A program made the position numbers and the translations under genes. The notes below the pieces were generated by a model. It saw only the letters and a list, made by a program, of their open reading frames with translations, was not told where the DNA came from and ran no database searches. This document shows, piece after piece, positions 46,315 through 56,109 of a DNA stretch of 64,000 bases (position 1 is the stretch's first letter; every line of letters starts with the position of its first letter). Origin of the DNA: Candidatus Thorarchaeota archaeon (lineage in GTDB: Archaea > Asgardarchaeota > Thorarchaeia > Thorarchaeales > Thorarchaeaceae); contig JAEOTX010000039.1 in NCBI GenBank assembly GCA_016839605.1, positions 1 to 64,000 of the forward strand, in the 5' to 3' direction.

Positions 46315-47400
46315 TTGAGACCTTTCATCATTGTGGGTACACGGCCAGAGATTGTCAAGATGGCACCCATTATTTATGAGTGTGAGTCTCGAGGAATCGA
46401 CTATTATTTCCTTCATACCGGACAGCACTATTCAGAGTCAATGAGCGGCTTGTTTCTTGATGAGATGGACCTGCGTACACCGGACAGGAATCTAGACGTT
46501 GGTTCTGGGTCTCAGTCGGAGCAAACTGCTCAAGCGCTTGTAGGCATTGAGAAAGAACTTCTCAGAGAAAAGCCGGATGTAGTTCTGGTTCAAGGTGACA
46601 CAAACACAGTTCTTTCAGCTACTCTCGCTGCTGCGAAACTGAGGATACCAGTAGCCCATATTGAGGCAGGTCTCAGAAGCTACGATACACGAATGCCAGA
46701 GGAACATAACAGGCGCCTGACTGACCATGCGTCTGATTATCTCTTTGCTCCAACAGAGAACTCGGCAGAAATACTCAGGAAGGAGAATGTGTGGGGTAGA
46801 ATCTTTGTCACGGGTAATACTGTGATTGACGCCCTTGAAAACCGACTCCCTGTAGCTTTGAAGCGAATGAACCGAGCTCTCACCAAGGGACTTGATTCTT
46901 TTGCATTACTAACTCTGCATAGAGCAGAGAACGTGGATGATAAGAATGTACTAGAGGGTTTGATAGAGGGTCTAATCTCCCTTGAAATGTCCATTCTGTT
47001 CCCTGCGCATCCGAGGAGTATAAAACAGCTGACTAAGTTTGGACTCATGTCCAGAATCAAGAGTGGCGGATTGATACGAATAATTGAGCCTGTTGGCTAT
47101 CTGGACTTCCTCTCATTGCAGAAAAGATGCTCCTTCATATTGACCGATTCTGGTGGAATTCAAGAAGAAGCAACCGCTCCGTCAATTAACAAGAAAGTCT
47201 TCGTTCTAAGAACTTCCACAGAAAGACCTGAAGCGGTAGATTCGGGACATGCTGTTGTTGTTGGTGTGAATCCTGAGAAGTTTCCGAACATGATCAGAAA
47301 TGGCATTAAAGAGGGCTTGGATGAAGAGAGACGGTGTCCATATGGTGAAGGTGATGCCTCAAAGAAGATCATGAATATCCTCGGCAAAGACTTTGATTAA
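46315..47400 (+). CDS. wecB: UDP-N-acetylglucosamine 2-epimerase (non-hydrolysing)
   Basis: GTRPEIVK, HTGQHY, QGDTNT, HIEAGLRS, PEEHNR, TDSGGIQEEA, TERPE. Confidence 0.95.
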   Translation: MRPFIIVGTRPEIVKMAPIIYECESRGIDYYFLHTGQHYSESMSGLFLDEMDLRTPDRNLDVGSGSQSEQTAQALVGIEKELLREKPDVVLVQGDTNTVLSATLAAAKLRIPVAHIEAGLRSYDTRMPEEHNRRLTDHASDYLFAPTENSAEILRKENVWGRIFVTGNTVIDALENRLPVALKRMNRALTKGLDSFALLTLHRAENVDDKNVLEGLIEGLISLEMSILFPAHPRSIKQLTKFGLMSRIKSGGLIRIIEPVGYLDFLSLQKRCSFILTDSGGIQEEATAPSINKKVFVLRTSTERPEAVDSGHAVVVGVNPEKFPNMIRNGIKEGLDEERRCPYGEGDASKKIMNILGKDFD

Positions 47401-47475
47401 CAAAGACATGTTTGTTCCGTCAGTCTTATCTTCAAACAAAGTTACGCCAACAAGGCATCCATGGAGAGATAGATC

Positions 47476-48255
47476 TTGCGAAAAGTCTGCCTTACAAACG
47501 ATGACGGTCCGTACAGTAGCGGTTTACTGATGCTTGCTGAAACGCTAGCGTCCCATGTAGATGTGGTGATAGTAGTGCCAGACGGCGAACGCAGCGCGTC
47601 AGGTAAGGCACTGACTCTGAATAGGCCCTTGCGTGTAAAGAAGGTGAAGAGTGCAAATGGTTTTGAGATGATCACTCACGACGGATCACCAGCGGATTCA
47701 GTTGTACTTGCAAGATGCCTTATTGACGAGATAGACCTCTTTGTTTCTGGAATCAATGCGGGAGCCAATCTAGGATACCAGAGCATGTTCACTAGTGGAA
47801 CAGTGGGCGCTGCGATGGAAGCAGCCTTAATGGGATTCCCGGCAATTGCAGCATCTCTTGTTGTTGAGCCCAATGAATGGTTCAACAGTGCAGACAAAGA
47901 GCGAGACTACTCTAGGATTTGCGAAGTGATTCGGGATATAGTCCTTAGAGTGCTGAACAAGGGGCTTCCGAAAGGGATTGATGCACTCAATCTGAACTTT
48001 CCATTATCCATATCTGAAACGAGCAAAGTAGTCGTGGCAAAGCCAGCAAGAGTTAGGATAAGTAACGAGCTGGATAAGAGAGTAGATCCTAACCAGAGCC
48101 CGTACTATTGGCTTAAGGGAATTCACAATGACCCATCAGATGGTTCGGATGCAGATGTTGTTTTGAATAATGGGAACATCTCTTTATCACCTATCATCAT
48201 CGAAGCTGTCGCAGAAAATGACATTGAGAGGCTCAGTGACTTTATGTCCGATTGA
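47476..48255 (+). CDS. surE: 5'/3'-nucleotidase SurE
   Basis: LTNDDG, GSPADSV, SGINAGANLG, SGTVGAA. Confidence 0.94.
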   Translation: MRKVCLTNDDGPYSSGLLMLAETLASHVDVVIVVPDGERSASGKALTLNRPLRVKKVKSANGFEMITHDGSPADSVVLARCLIDEIDLFVSGINAGANLGYQSMFTSGTVGAAMEAALMGFPAIAASLVVEPNEWFNSADKERDYSRICEVIRDIVLRVLNKGLPKGIDALNLNFPLSISETSKVVVAKPARVRISNELDKRVDPNQSPYYWLKGIHNDPSDGSDADVVLNNGNISLSPIIIEAVAENDIERLSDFMSD

Positions 48256-49270
48256 TTTGTTTCAGAGCACTCCATATCGCGTCACTCTTGGGTCTAGGCA
48301 TCTCTTTTGAAACGGTTCCAGCAATACCTCTTCTTTCTGAGATTTTGGGAACGATTTTTCCAATGATTGTTGCCATTATCCCTCTGTCGCGCAGCGCTGA
48401 AATAACATCGTCAGAACCTTCAGGGGTACTGGTCATCACCATACATCCACTGCTAATCAACTCCAGAGCATTCACAGAGAGTGTATCACAGATAGCTAAT
48501 GTTGAATCATGGAACGGAATCGAGTTCAGGTCGATTTCAAATCCTACCTGACTTGCATCGCATATCTCATGAATACCTCCCAGGAGGCCACCCTCAGTTG
48601 GATCATGCATCGCTGTGATATGTCCTGTTCCAAATGCCACAACTCCATCCTCGACTACACTGATCTTACTCCGTAGATTGAGTGCCTTTTCGATTACATC
48701 TACTCCTACCCTCTTAGAAAGAAAAGATGCTCCTTCAGCTGCAAGAATTGCAGTGCCTTCTATTGCCGCTGTCTTTGACATTATTAGATAGTCACCTGGT
48801 CTTGCTCCAGCTGAAGTCACATAGTGGCCTTCTGGTGCTATGCCCATCATGAATCCAGCAATGATTGGCCTGTCGATGCCCTCAGTAATCTCAGTGTGCC
48901 CACCAGCCACGGTGATATCAAGTGATAAAGCGGCTTTATGAATCTGTTCCATTATTCGCTCCAAATCGGACTCTTCACAGCCTGATGGAAGCATGATAGA
49001 TGCGAGGAACCAACGGGGTTTGACTCCGAAAGTTGCTACATCGTTTGCATTGATGTGAACAGCAAGCCATCCAATATCTTCAACAGATCCAGTGATAGGG
49101 TCGGTTGCTGCGACGATGACCGATTCACCCACACGAATCAATGAGGCATCCTCACCGATACCGGGGCCTAGAATGAGATCCTTGTCCTTCTTGCCCAGAT
49201 GAGCAAATACAATCCGACTCAATACATCTGGAGGGACTTTCCCTGGTAGCAATATCAAGTACTCCTGCAT
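48242..49270 (-). CDS. AIR synthase-related (HypE-like) protein
   Basis: GPGIGEDA, TDPIT, NANDVA, GGHTE, MHDPTEGG, LISSG. Confidence 0.88.
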   Translation of the reverse strand: MQEYLILLPGKVPPDVLSRIVFAHLGKKDKDLILGPGIGEDASLIRVGESVIVAATDPITGSVEDIGWLAVHINANDVATFGVKPRWFLASIMLPSGCEESDLERIMEQIHKAALSLDITVAGGHTEITEGIDRPIIAGFMMGIAPEGHYVTSAGARPGDYLIMSKTAAIEGTAILAAEGASFLSKRVGVDVIEKALNLRSKISVVEDGVVAFGTGHITAMHDPTEGGLLGGIHEICDASQVGFEIDLNSIPFHDSTLAICDTLSVNALELISSGCMVMTSTPEGSDDVISALRDRGIMATIIGKIVPKISERRGIAGTVSKEMPRPKSDAIWSALKQINRT

Positions 49271-49442
49271 ATTCTAGGTGCGCATCAGTCCTGTGCCTAT
49301 TGCATGAAAAGGAAATTCATCGAAACCCCATTCGGGGCTCTCCTAACTCACTATGACAACAGACGTTTCTCAGACATGATGCGCAACTTAGGAAGAGAGA
49401 GGATACGGTATAAACTAATCGAGATGGCCTAAGTATGATGAA

Positions 49443-52112
49443 CTAATCAGGGATGTAGGCTTCGGCCTCTTGGAGATCCTCAGACCTGATTCGTGTTCTT
49501 GTCTTGCTCCCACTCAAGAATTCGCCAAGAACGGAGATTTCACGTAATAGCTCCTTCCATAAGAATGCCCTGCCGCCTCCTGTACGAGCCACCAAAAAGG
49601 CTCCGAACGTCTTCCTAAACTCCGGAACAGCGAGAATCGTTTCAACGGGATTATTGTACCCCTCCTTCCTCATTCGAAGATTAGCAGCTAGCTCCAAGGC
49701 ATCATGGTATGGGCGTTGCAGGAACTTTGACCAATTTGCATGTTCAGGATTTACGTCTACAGCTGCAATTCGAACCTTTGCCTTTCGAATAAGACGAGAT
49801 GCCCTAACAAGATCTCTGATTGGAGTGTATCTTGCATGACCAGGACCCACGGATTGGGCCAGAGGAATGTTAGGTGCAAAGTCAGAGATTAGTACAATCA
49901 GAGGCTCAATGTCCCGATTCCTCATTCTTTCTCTCCGCACAGTTTCTAATGCTTTCATCAATGCTTCTGCAAGTGGAGTCAGGCCAGATACACGGAGTTT
50001 GCCTAATGCTCTGTAGATCTTGTTCCAGTTGCTTGTAGGAGCTTGAACCTCGATGGCCCCGCTATCCTTGAATGCTATAATACCTGTTCTATCCTTTGAG
50101 CCTCTAGTCTCACGCTCAATAGCTTCAAGAATGTCGCGCACTTCTTTCATTGATCCTTTCATTGACATACTCACATCAATAACTAGCAGCACTGTCAGAG
50201 GTGTACGACCAGTAAACACAGACTCACGGACATCTTCCTTTGAGATTTCAATCCTCTGAGAGGGCCGAAGCCTCCCGAGTCGTGAGACCGCTGCCGCAAT
50301 TGTAGCAGGAATGTTGATGCTCCTTGTTTCACCTTGAGGTTTCCGTGACCTGACAGGGCGCCCATATTGACTAGAGTCTGACGTCTTCAGAGACCCCATT
50401 GAGCGAGATGTGACGCGCTTCTGAATCCATCCGCCTGAGGATACAACGGACTTTCTCATAATCTTGGTCTGGAGTTCCTCCATGTCGAATAGCTCTTCAC
50501 CAGTGTCTAGATCAGGAAGCTTGACAAAAAACCCTGAATCTAAACCAATTGGCTCTCTGACTTCGGACTTTGAACCAATGATCCTTGTTTCTTTCTTTGC
50601 ACTGTACGGTCTCGTAGCAACTCCCCATTCATCTCCAGCTTCTGGAATGCCTTTTCCAGGCTCGACTGTGTCAATGCCTGCTGTAGGCCCGCTTCCTCGT
50701 TTCGTCATAATACTGAGCCACTTTCTGACCAAGAGGTATATGAGAGGTGCGAAAATAATGGTGTCAACAATTAGTGCAGGTACGGATGGAAACTCACCAG
50801 GGAAAAGCCCGAAGAGAATATTGATCGGAGTCCAGTAAATCCACGCAATGTATGCAAAAGCAACAACCATCATTATAGCACAGATGGTCCCCTTGATTGG
50901 GTCGCCCAGAGGATTTCTTACTCCTTCAGCTTTTTTTTTTTGACCTTCCTGCTTTCCGCCAGTTGCGAATTTTCCACCACGGCCGAACCGACCACCACTC
51001 ATGCGCTTGCCAGACTCATCTTTTTCAGAAGGTGGCACCTCGGTTGGAGACGCACGTTTGTCACTCTTCTTGGTAATCTGTGCAGCTTTTGTGATTGCCA
51101 TGTCTATGTCGTTGGTTGATGGTGGTTCCAGAAGACCGCCTCTGCGAGTTCTATGACTCAAGGTAAGCTGCGCAGCAAGCTTCATGTCATCCAATGTGAC
51201 TTCAGTACGACCTTCGTAAGCTGCGTTTGCTATAGCGGCCTTGCTGATTATAATATCCGGTCTGACACCATCCACCTCAAGTGCGTCAGTAGCCATGGCG
51301 ATTGCACGAAGACTGTGATCCGGTAGGTGCACTTCATGAAGGATGGATTTAGCGTGGACAATCTTCTCTCTAAGCTCAGTCTGTTGTTGCGACCAGTCTT
51401 CCTCGAACTGCTCAGGGTCATCCTCAAACGCCAAGTTCCTTCTTACAAGCTGCATTCGCTCTTCCACAGTATGTTCAGCACCCACTGCAACATGCAATGG
51501 AAAGCGGTCCAACAGCTGAGGTCTAAGTTCACCTTCTTCAGGATTCATCGTACCTATTAGAACGAAATCCGAAGGATGAGCAATTGAGATTCCTTCTCGT
51601 TCTATTACATTGATTTTTGTGGCTGCTGCATCAAGCAGGTCATCGACCAAATGATCTGGGAGAAGGTTGACCTCATCAACATAGAGCACATTCTGATGGG
51701 ACTCCGCGAGAATACCAGGTCTCAGTGCCTGAATACCTTCCTGAAGGACACGTTCGATGTCAAGTGCTCCAATCAGTCGGTCTTCAGTTGTGGAGAGGGG
51801 GAGATTTACTACGCGCATCTTTCGTGTGACGCTCTTCAGAGTCTTCTTTTGGGCTAGGAGATCCAAGCAATCTTGGCACAGGAACTCCTCTCGATGAGGA
51901 TTGCATCCAAATCGACACGCTTCTACCACATCAACTTCAGGCAAGAGGTCAGCGAGTGCTCTTACAACAGTAGTCTTTCCAGTCCCCTTGGCTCCTGATA
52001 TTAGGACTCCGCCGATCCGTGGATTGACACCATTCAGAATCAGAGCTAGCTTTAGCTTTGTGAGTCCGACAATAGATGTGAATGGTAACACGGATCTTTT
52101 CAGTTCACCCAA
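49443..52112 (-). CDS. chlD: Mg/Co-chelatase ChlI/ChlD-like AAA+ ATPase fused to TM hairpin and vWA domain
   Basis: PFTSIVG, GAKGTGKT, TEDRLIG, LYVDEVNLL, NPEEGELRPQLLDRF; vWA MIDAS DVSMSM, GLTPL, ISD; hydrophobic hairpin at ~aa 405-465. Confidence 0.85.
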   Translation of the reverse strand: MGELKRSVLPFTSIVGLTKLKLALILNGVNPRIGGVLISGAKGTGKTTVVRALADLLPEVDVVEACRFGCNPHREEFLCQDCLDLLAQKKTLKSVTRKMRVVNLPLSTTEDRLIGALDIERVLQEGIQALRPGILAESHQNVLYVDEVNLLPDHLVDDLLDAAATKINVIEREGISIAHPSDFVLIGTMNPEEGELRPQLLDRFPLHVAVGAEHTVEERMQLVRRNLAFEDDPEQFEEDWSQQQTELREKIVHAKSILHEVHLPDHSLRAIAMATDALEVDGVRPDIIISKAAIANAAYEGRTEVTLDDMKLAAQLTLSHRTRRGGLLEPPSTNDIDMAITKAAQITKKSDKRASPTEVPPSEKDESGKRMSGGRFGRGGKFATGGKQEGQKKKAEGVRNPLGDPIKGTICAIMMVVAFAYIAWIYWTPINILFGLFPGEFPSVPALIVDTIIFAPLIYLLVRKWLSIMTKRGSGPTAGIDTVEPGKGIPEAGDEWGVATRPYSAKKETRIIGSKSEVREPIGLDSGFFVKLPDLDTGEELFDMEELQTKIMRKSVVSSGGWIQKRVTSRSMGSLKTSDSSQYGRPVRSRKPQGETRSINIPATIAAAVSRLGRLRPSQRIEISKEDVRESVFTGRTPLTVLLVIDVSMSMKGSMKEVRDILEAIERETRGSKDRTGIIAFKDSGAIEVQAPTSNWNKIYRALGKLRVSGLTPLAEALMKALETVRRERMRNRDIEPLIVLISDFAPNIPLAQSVGPGHARYTPIRDLVRASRLIRKAKVRIAAVDVNPEHANWSKFLQRPYHDALELAANLRMRKEGYNNPVETILAVPEFRKTFGAFLVARTGGGRAFLWKELLREISVLGEFLSGSKTRTRIRSEDLQEAEAYIPD
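50926..50941 (-). other. A11 slippery run with immediate -1-frame stop (candidate programmed frameshift/slippage site)
   Basis: Minus strand GGT CAA AAA AAA AAA GCT GAA; -1 frame reads AGC TGA; +1 frame reads AAG CTG AAG GAG TAA. Confidence 0.7.
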
Positions 52113-52186
52113 GTTTACTACAGCCCATGCAGAAAAAGTAACACACTCAAATAAGGGTGCGCGTCTATGTAAGTGTGGGATTGTTT

Positions 52187-53383
52187 ATGATTTCTCACCT
52201 TCTCCATCTCGAATGTCCTCAATGTAGTAGAAGTCATTCAGCTGAAACTCATGCCACTTTCTGTGTATGTGGGTCACCACTCTTTGCCGTGTACGATCTA
52301 TTCAGTGTAATCGAGGACATTCAGAGGGAGCAATTTCCCACAGAAGTTAATTCCATGTGGAGATACTCACAACTTCTTCCAGTGAAGTCACCATCTTTCA
52401 TTTACAGCCTAGGAGAAGGATGGACTCCACTAACCAGCACTAGACGCCTTGGGAAGCATCTTGGCCTGAGATTCCTCAGTATCAAGGATGAGGCCCAAAA
52501 TCCAACTGGCTCTTTCAAAGACAGGGGTTTGTGTGTTGCTATATCCAAGCACCTAGAGCTGGGATCCACATCATTCGCGTTGCCCTCGGCAGGTAATGCA
52601 GCAGTTTCAACGAGTGCCTATAGTGCCGCTGGAGGAGCCGAATGTCATATCTTTATGCCATCAGATACACCTGAGCCGTTCTTCCACGATTGCATTATCT
52701 ACGGTGCTGAAACTGCTCGAGTGAATGGCAACATATCTGATTGTGGCAAAGCCATGAGAAAAGCAGAAGGTGAATGGACTGACCTGTCAACAACAAAAGA
52801 ACCCTATAGAGTTGAGGGGAAAAAAACTCTAGCTTTTGAGATTGCTGAGCAGATGGGATGGAAAGTTCCCGATGCAATAATCTGCCCCACAGGAGGAGGC
52901 ACTGCTCTAATCGGAATCTGGAAAGGCCTTGATGAGCTAGAAGCACTAGGTCTAATTGAAAGCAAAAGGCCGAGAATGTATGCAGCTCAAAGCGCGGGTT
53001 GCGCACCCATTGTGAGGGCAATCGAACAGAGAAGCGAAGAAATACAGCCCTGGCAGATTAGTGAAACAGAAGCCTTAGGATTGAGGGTTCCTAGTCCATT
53101 TGCTGGAAGACTGATTCTCGCCGCGATTCGACAATCAGGGGGTGGAGCTGTAGCTGTGGCTGAACAGGAAATTGAGCCCTGCCACAGAATGGCGGCACGT
53201 ATGGAGGGGATGGACTTCTGTCCAGAAGCTGCTGTTGGACTCGCAGGCATCCGGAATCTTGTGGAGATGGGAGAGATTGATTTTGACGAAGAGATAGTGC
53301 TCTTGAACACGGGTTCGGGAGCAAGATACTACTATGGAAATCAGAATCAGACAAAGCCAGAATCTTCTGAAAAAGAGCCATAG
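52187..53383 (+). CDS. thrC: Threonine synthase
   Basis: N-terminal Zn ribbon, SLGEGWTPL, NPTGSFKDRG, SAGNA, EGKKT, PTGGG. Confidence 0.9.
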   Translation: MISHLLHLECPQCSRSHSAETHATFCVCGSPLFAVYDLFSVIEDIQREQFPTEVNSMWRYSQLLPVKSPSFIYSLGEGWTPLTSTRRLGKHLGLRFLSIKDEAQNPTGSFKDRGLCVAISKHLELGSTSFALPSAGNAAVSTSAYSAAGGAECHIFMPSDTPEPFFHDCIIYGAETARVNGNISDCGKAMRKAEGEWTDLSTTKEPYRVEGKKTLAFEIAEQMGWKVPDAIICPTGGGTALIGIWKGLDELEALGLIESKRPRMYAAQSAGCAPIVRAIEQRSEEIQPWQISETEALGLRVPSPFAGRLILAAIRQSGGGAVAVAEQEIEPCHRMAARMEGMDFCPEAAVGLAGIRNLVEMGEIDFDEEIVLLNTGSGARYYYGNQNQTKPESSEKEP

Positions 53384-53471
53384 CGTTAATAGGATGGTAT
53401 TAGTGGAAATAATCTAAGGCTGCAATAGGATTGAGCCTTGAGCAACAGCTGTGCGCTCCGGAGGAAACCAG

Positions 53472-54635
53472 TTGACTAGTTCAACCGCCCCTGATACAAA
53501 TGACGAAACTCATTTTCGTAATGTTAGAGAATCGTTGGGTATTGGAAAACTGGAAGCTGGGATTGCAATTCTGATTGTCTTTGCATTCTTCTGGTCCGAA
53601 TTCACACATTTCGATCCACTAGTTATAATACTTCTAGGAATCATAGGTGGAATTTGGCTTGCCTTCAGGCCCTCGGAGTGGGCTGTAGAAGGCATTGAAA
53701 GCGTTTCGGGGCACATGGGATATACAACCTACATTGCTGGACTGCTATCAAGTCTGGCCAGCAACATGCCAGAAGCAGTAATCAGCGGCTTGACGGCTTT
53801 CAATGGTTTCACGCAGAATCGACCAGAGCTTCTGACAATCGCCATACTCTCAGTCCTAATAGCAGGCGGTTTCAACATGCTCTTGCTTGGGATCACTATA
53901 GTAATCGCAACTCGCAAGAAAGACGACTTGCCAGTACCCGAGGAAGCTATCAAGAAGGACTCGGTCCTCATTCGTTGGACTATTGTAGCCCTTGCCAGTA
54001 TGTTTGCACTTGGAATTGTTGATGTGACGTTCTCTGGAGGAACTGGCAATCCGCTCTTTCCATGGGAGGCGTCTCTCATCCTGTTCCTTTCGTATATCCT
54101 CTATTCTATTGACCTCATGAGAGGAGAAGAAGTAGAAAATGCAGAGCGCTCACATCCGCACCATTCAAAGCGATCTGCATCAATCCTCTGTGCAGCAGGT
54201 TTCCTGGGAATTTTCCTTGCAGGTGATCTTCTCACTACTTCGGTTGATATTTTGCTAACAACATATGATACGCAAATTAGCAGTGTGGCCAATCCCATCA
54301 CAATAGCTGCATTGATTCTTGGTGCTGCAGGTGCATTGCCCGAACATGGAATTGCAATTGTTGCTGCTTTGAAAGGAAAAGTTGGCATTGCTGTAGGGAA
54401 TCTTGTTGGAGGGATTCTTCAGATTCTGCTTCTTGTTATGGGTGGAATTGGGATTTTCGTACCGATACCTATGAACCGCTATGTACTGTTCCAGATAGTG
54501 GTTATTGCAGGCAGCCTATGGTTCCTCGCGCGTGCCATATCTGATGATCATAAACTGGACACGTTCGAGGGTATGATGATAATATTGTTACAAGCCTATG
54601 TGTTTGCGCTCCTTATCTGGGGCACGCCTATATGA
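53472..54635 (+). CDS. Sodium/calcium exchanger family (CaCA) antiporter
   Basis: Alpha repeats SLASNMPE and AGALPEH...AVGNLVG; ~11 TM. Confidence 0.82.
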   Translation: MTSSTAPDTNDETHFRNVRESLGIGKLEAGIAILIVFAFFWSEFTHFDPLVIILLGIIGGIWLAFRPSEWAVEGIESVSGHMGYTTYIAGLLSSLASNMPEAVISGLTAFNGFTQNRPELLTIAILSVLIAGGFNMLLLGITIVIATRKKDDLPVPEEAIKKDSVLIRWTIVALASMFALGIVDVTFSGGTGNPLFPWEASLILFLSYILYSIDLMRGEEVENAERSHPHHSKRSASILCAAGFLGIFLAGDLLTTSVDILLTTYDTQISSVANPITIAALILGAAGALPEHGIAIVAALKGKVGIAVGNLVGGILQILLLVMGGIGIFVPIPMNRYVLFQIVVIAGSLWFLARAISDDHKLDTFEGMMIILLQAYVFALLIWGTPI

Positions 54636-55260
54636 CGTGCGGGAGAATTGACCGCAGGTCGTTCTCCTTGATTGTCAGCATCGCGGAATCAGCAACTTCT
54701 TCATCCTCGGGTCTGAACGCAATCGAGAGACCCACCACTCCAAAAGCCGAGATATCATTTCTGCCGTCGCCCACAAATGCCGTTTCAGACAGTGGGACCT
54801 TGAAATGATTACAGATGTGTTTCAGTTCTTGCACTTTCTCGCCCCATCCAACACGGACCTCAACTTCTCCGGTCAGCAGCCCATTCTTGTGAATCAAGCG
54901 ATTAGTAAGAACGTATTCAATTCCAAGACGTCTGGCGATGTTCTCTGCTAGAACATCCAAACCTCCTGAGAGGATTGCCACATTGATCCCGTGCTCCCTA
55001 AGACTGGTCACTGTTTCAGCCGCTCCTGGCACCAACTCAGTCGCTTCGACTAGCTTGACAACTTCATCAAGGGGTTGACCCTTCCAAAGACCGGCATCAA
55101 AGTCAGCCCAATCGTTGTATGAAATCTGACCTGAGAAGTACTGGTCAAAGAAATTCTTTCCTTCCTTCTCCGTATTGAAATGCTCATGTAGCCTCCACCA
55201 AATGGATGAATGGCTAGTCAATGTTCCATCGACATCGAAGACAACAAGTTTGACAACCAT
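54628..55260 (-). CDS. HAD-IB phosphatase (phosphoserine phosphatase-like)
   Basis: FDVDGTL, LSGG, K, VGDGRND. Confidence 0.85.
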   Translation of the reverse strand: MVVKLVVFDVDGTLTSHSSIWWRLHEHFNTEKEGKNFFDQYFSGQISYNDWADFDAGLWKGQPLDEVVKLVEATELVPGAAETVTSLREHGINVAILSGGLDVLAENIARRLGIEYVLTNRLIHKNGLLTGEVEVRVGWGEKVQELKHICNHFKVPLSETAFVGDGRNDISAFGVVGLSIAFRPEDEEVADSAMLTIKENDLRSILPHVI

Positions 55261-55294
55261 CTATAGATATCTCCGGTGAAAAGAATGAATTAGC

Positions 55295-55954
55295 TTAGCT
55301 TTGTGCCTCACGCTCTCGTTCTTCCTGAGCTTCCTTCTCAAGGTCAGCAAGAAGCTCATCAATGCGCTTCTCTTCGGTCTTGACTTGCTCCACGGGTTTT
55401 TTGCCAATAGGAGTCTCCAATGATGGAAGAACTCCCTCCTTTTCTAGAAGGACTTCAGCCTCCATGGACTCCAACTGTCGCTCAATCCGCTCATCTGATT
55501 CTACAGTCGAGTCACCTGTGGAGAGATCTTCAGAAAGAAGCTCCCCTGCAATGGTGATATGTTCAAAGGACTCAGAGAGCTTGTCTAGTTGCATTTGTAT
55601 CTCAGCCGGTCTAAGCATAGCACGAGCATCTGTAAGTGCATCATTAGCGATTGTAAATGCCCTCAGGACTTCAGCCTGGTCCTTTGCTTCCTCTATGTTC
55701 AGTAAGGCGGTCTCAAGAGTCAGGTATTGCTGCTGATATCGACCGCGTCTGCTCTCCAATTCAACAACGATTGAGAGATGCGAGCGTGCCACGTCGCGAT
55801 CCCCTTGCGACATGGCCTCCTTGGCTTTCTTCTGCTCCTCCGATCTTCGAGTATCCAATCTTCGAATTCGTAGAGTCAGAGCATTCATAGTACCCTTGAT
55901 CTCAAGCATGCCCCGTTCGGCATCAACCTTTTTCTTTCCGCTCAGGAAGCCCAT
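55295..55954 (-). CDS. ESCRT-III Snf7 family protein
   Basis: MGFLSGKKK N-terminus, helical hairpin with AKEAMSQGDRDVAR, LETALLNIEEA..QAEVLRAF, acidic C-terminus with IDELLADLEKE. Confidence 0.85.
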   Translation of the reverse strand: MGFLSGKKKVDAERGMLEIKGTMNALTLRIRRLDTRRSEEQKKAKEAMSQGDRDVARSHLSIVVELESRRGRYQQQYLTLETALLNIEEAKDQAEVLRAFTIANDALTDARAMLRPAEIQMQLDKLSESFEHITIAGELLSEDLSTGDSTVESDERIERQLESMEAEVLLEKEGVLPSLETPIGKKPVEQVKTEEKRIDELLADLEKEAQEEREREAQS

Positions 55955-56109
55955 AACGTCCACCGAGGATAGACCTTGTTCTGTTGTGATGTCATCACTT
56001 TGCCCATTTAAACGATTTGAATACAGTTTGAAGCTTATGTGATGAGATACCGCAGGAGGACCATAGGGTTTTAGAGCTGTTCACCGGAGATGAAGATGAG
56101 GCCCGGATC

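Noticed and set aside
52816-52826. GGGGAAAAAAA slippery-looking run in thrC
   Set aside because: Encodes the conserved EGKKT motif; truncation would destroy the enzyme
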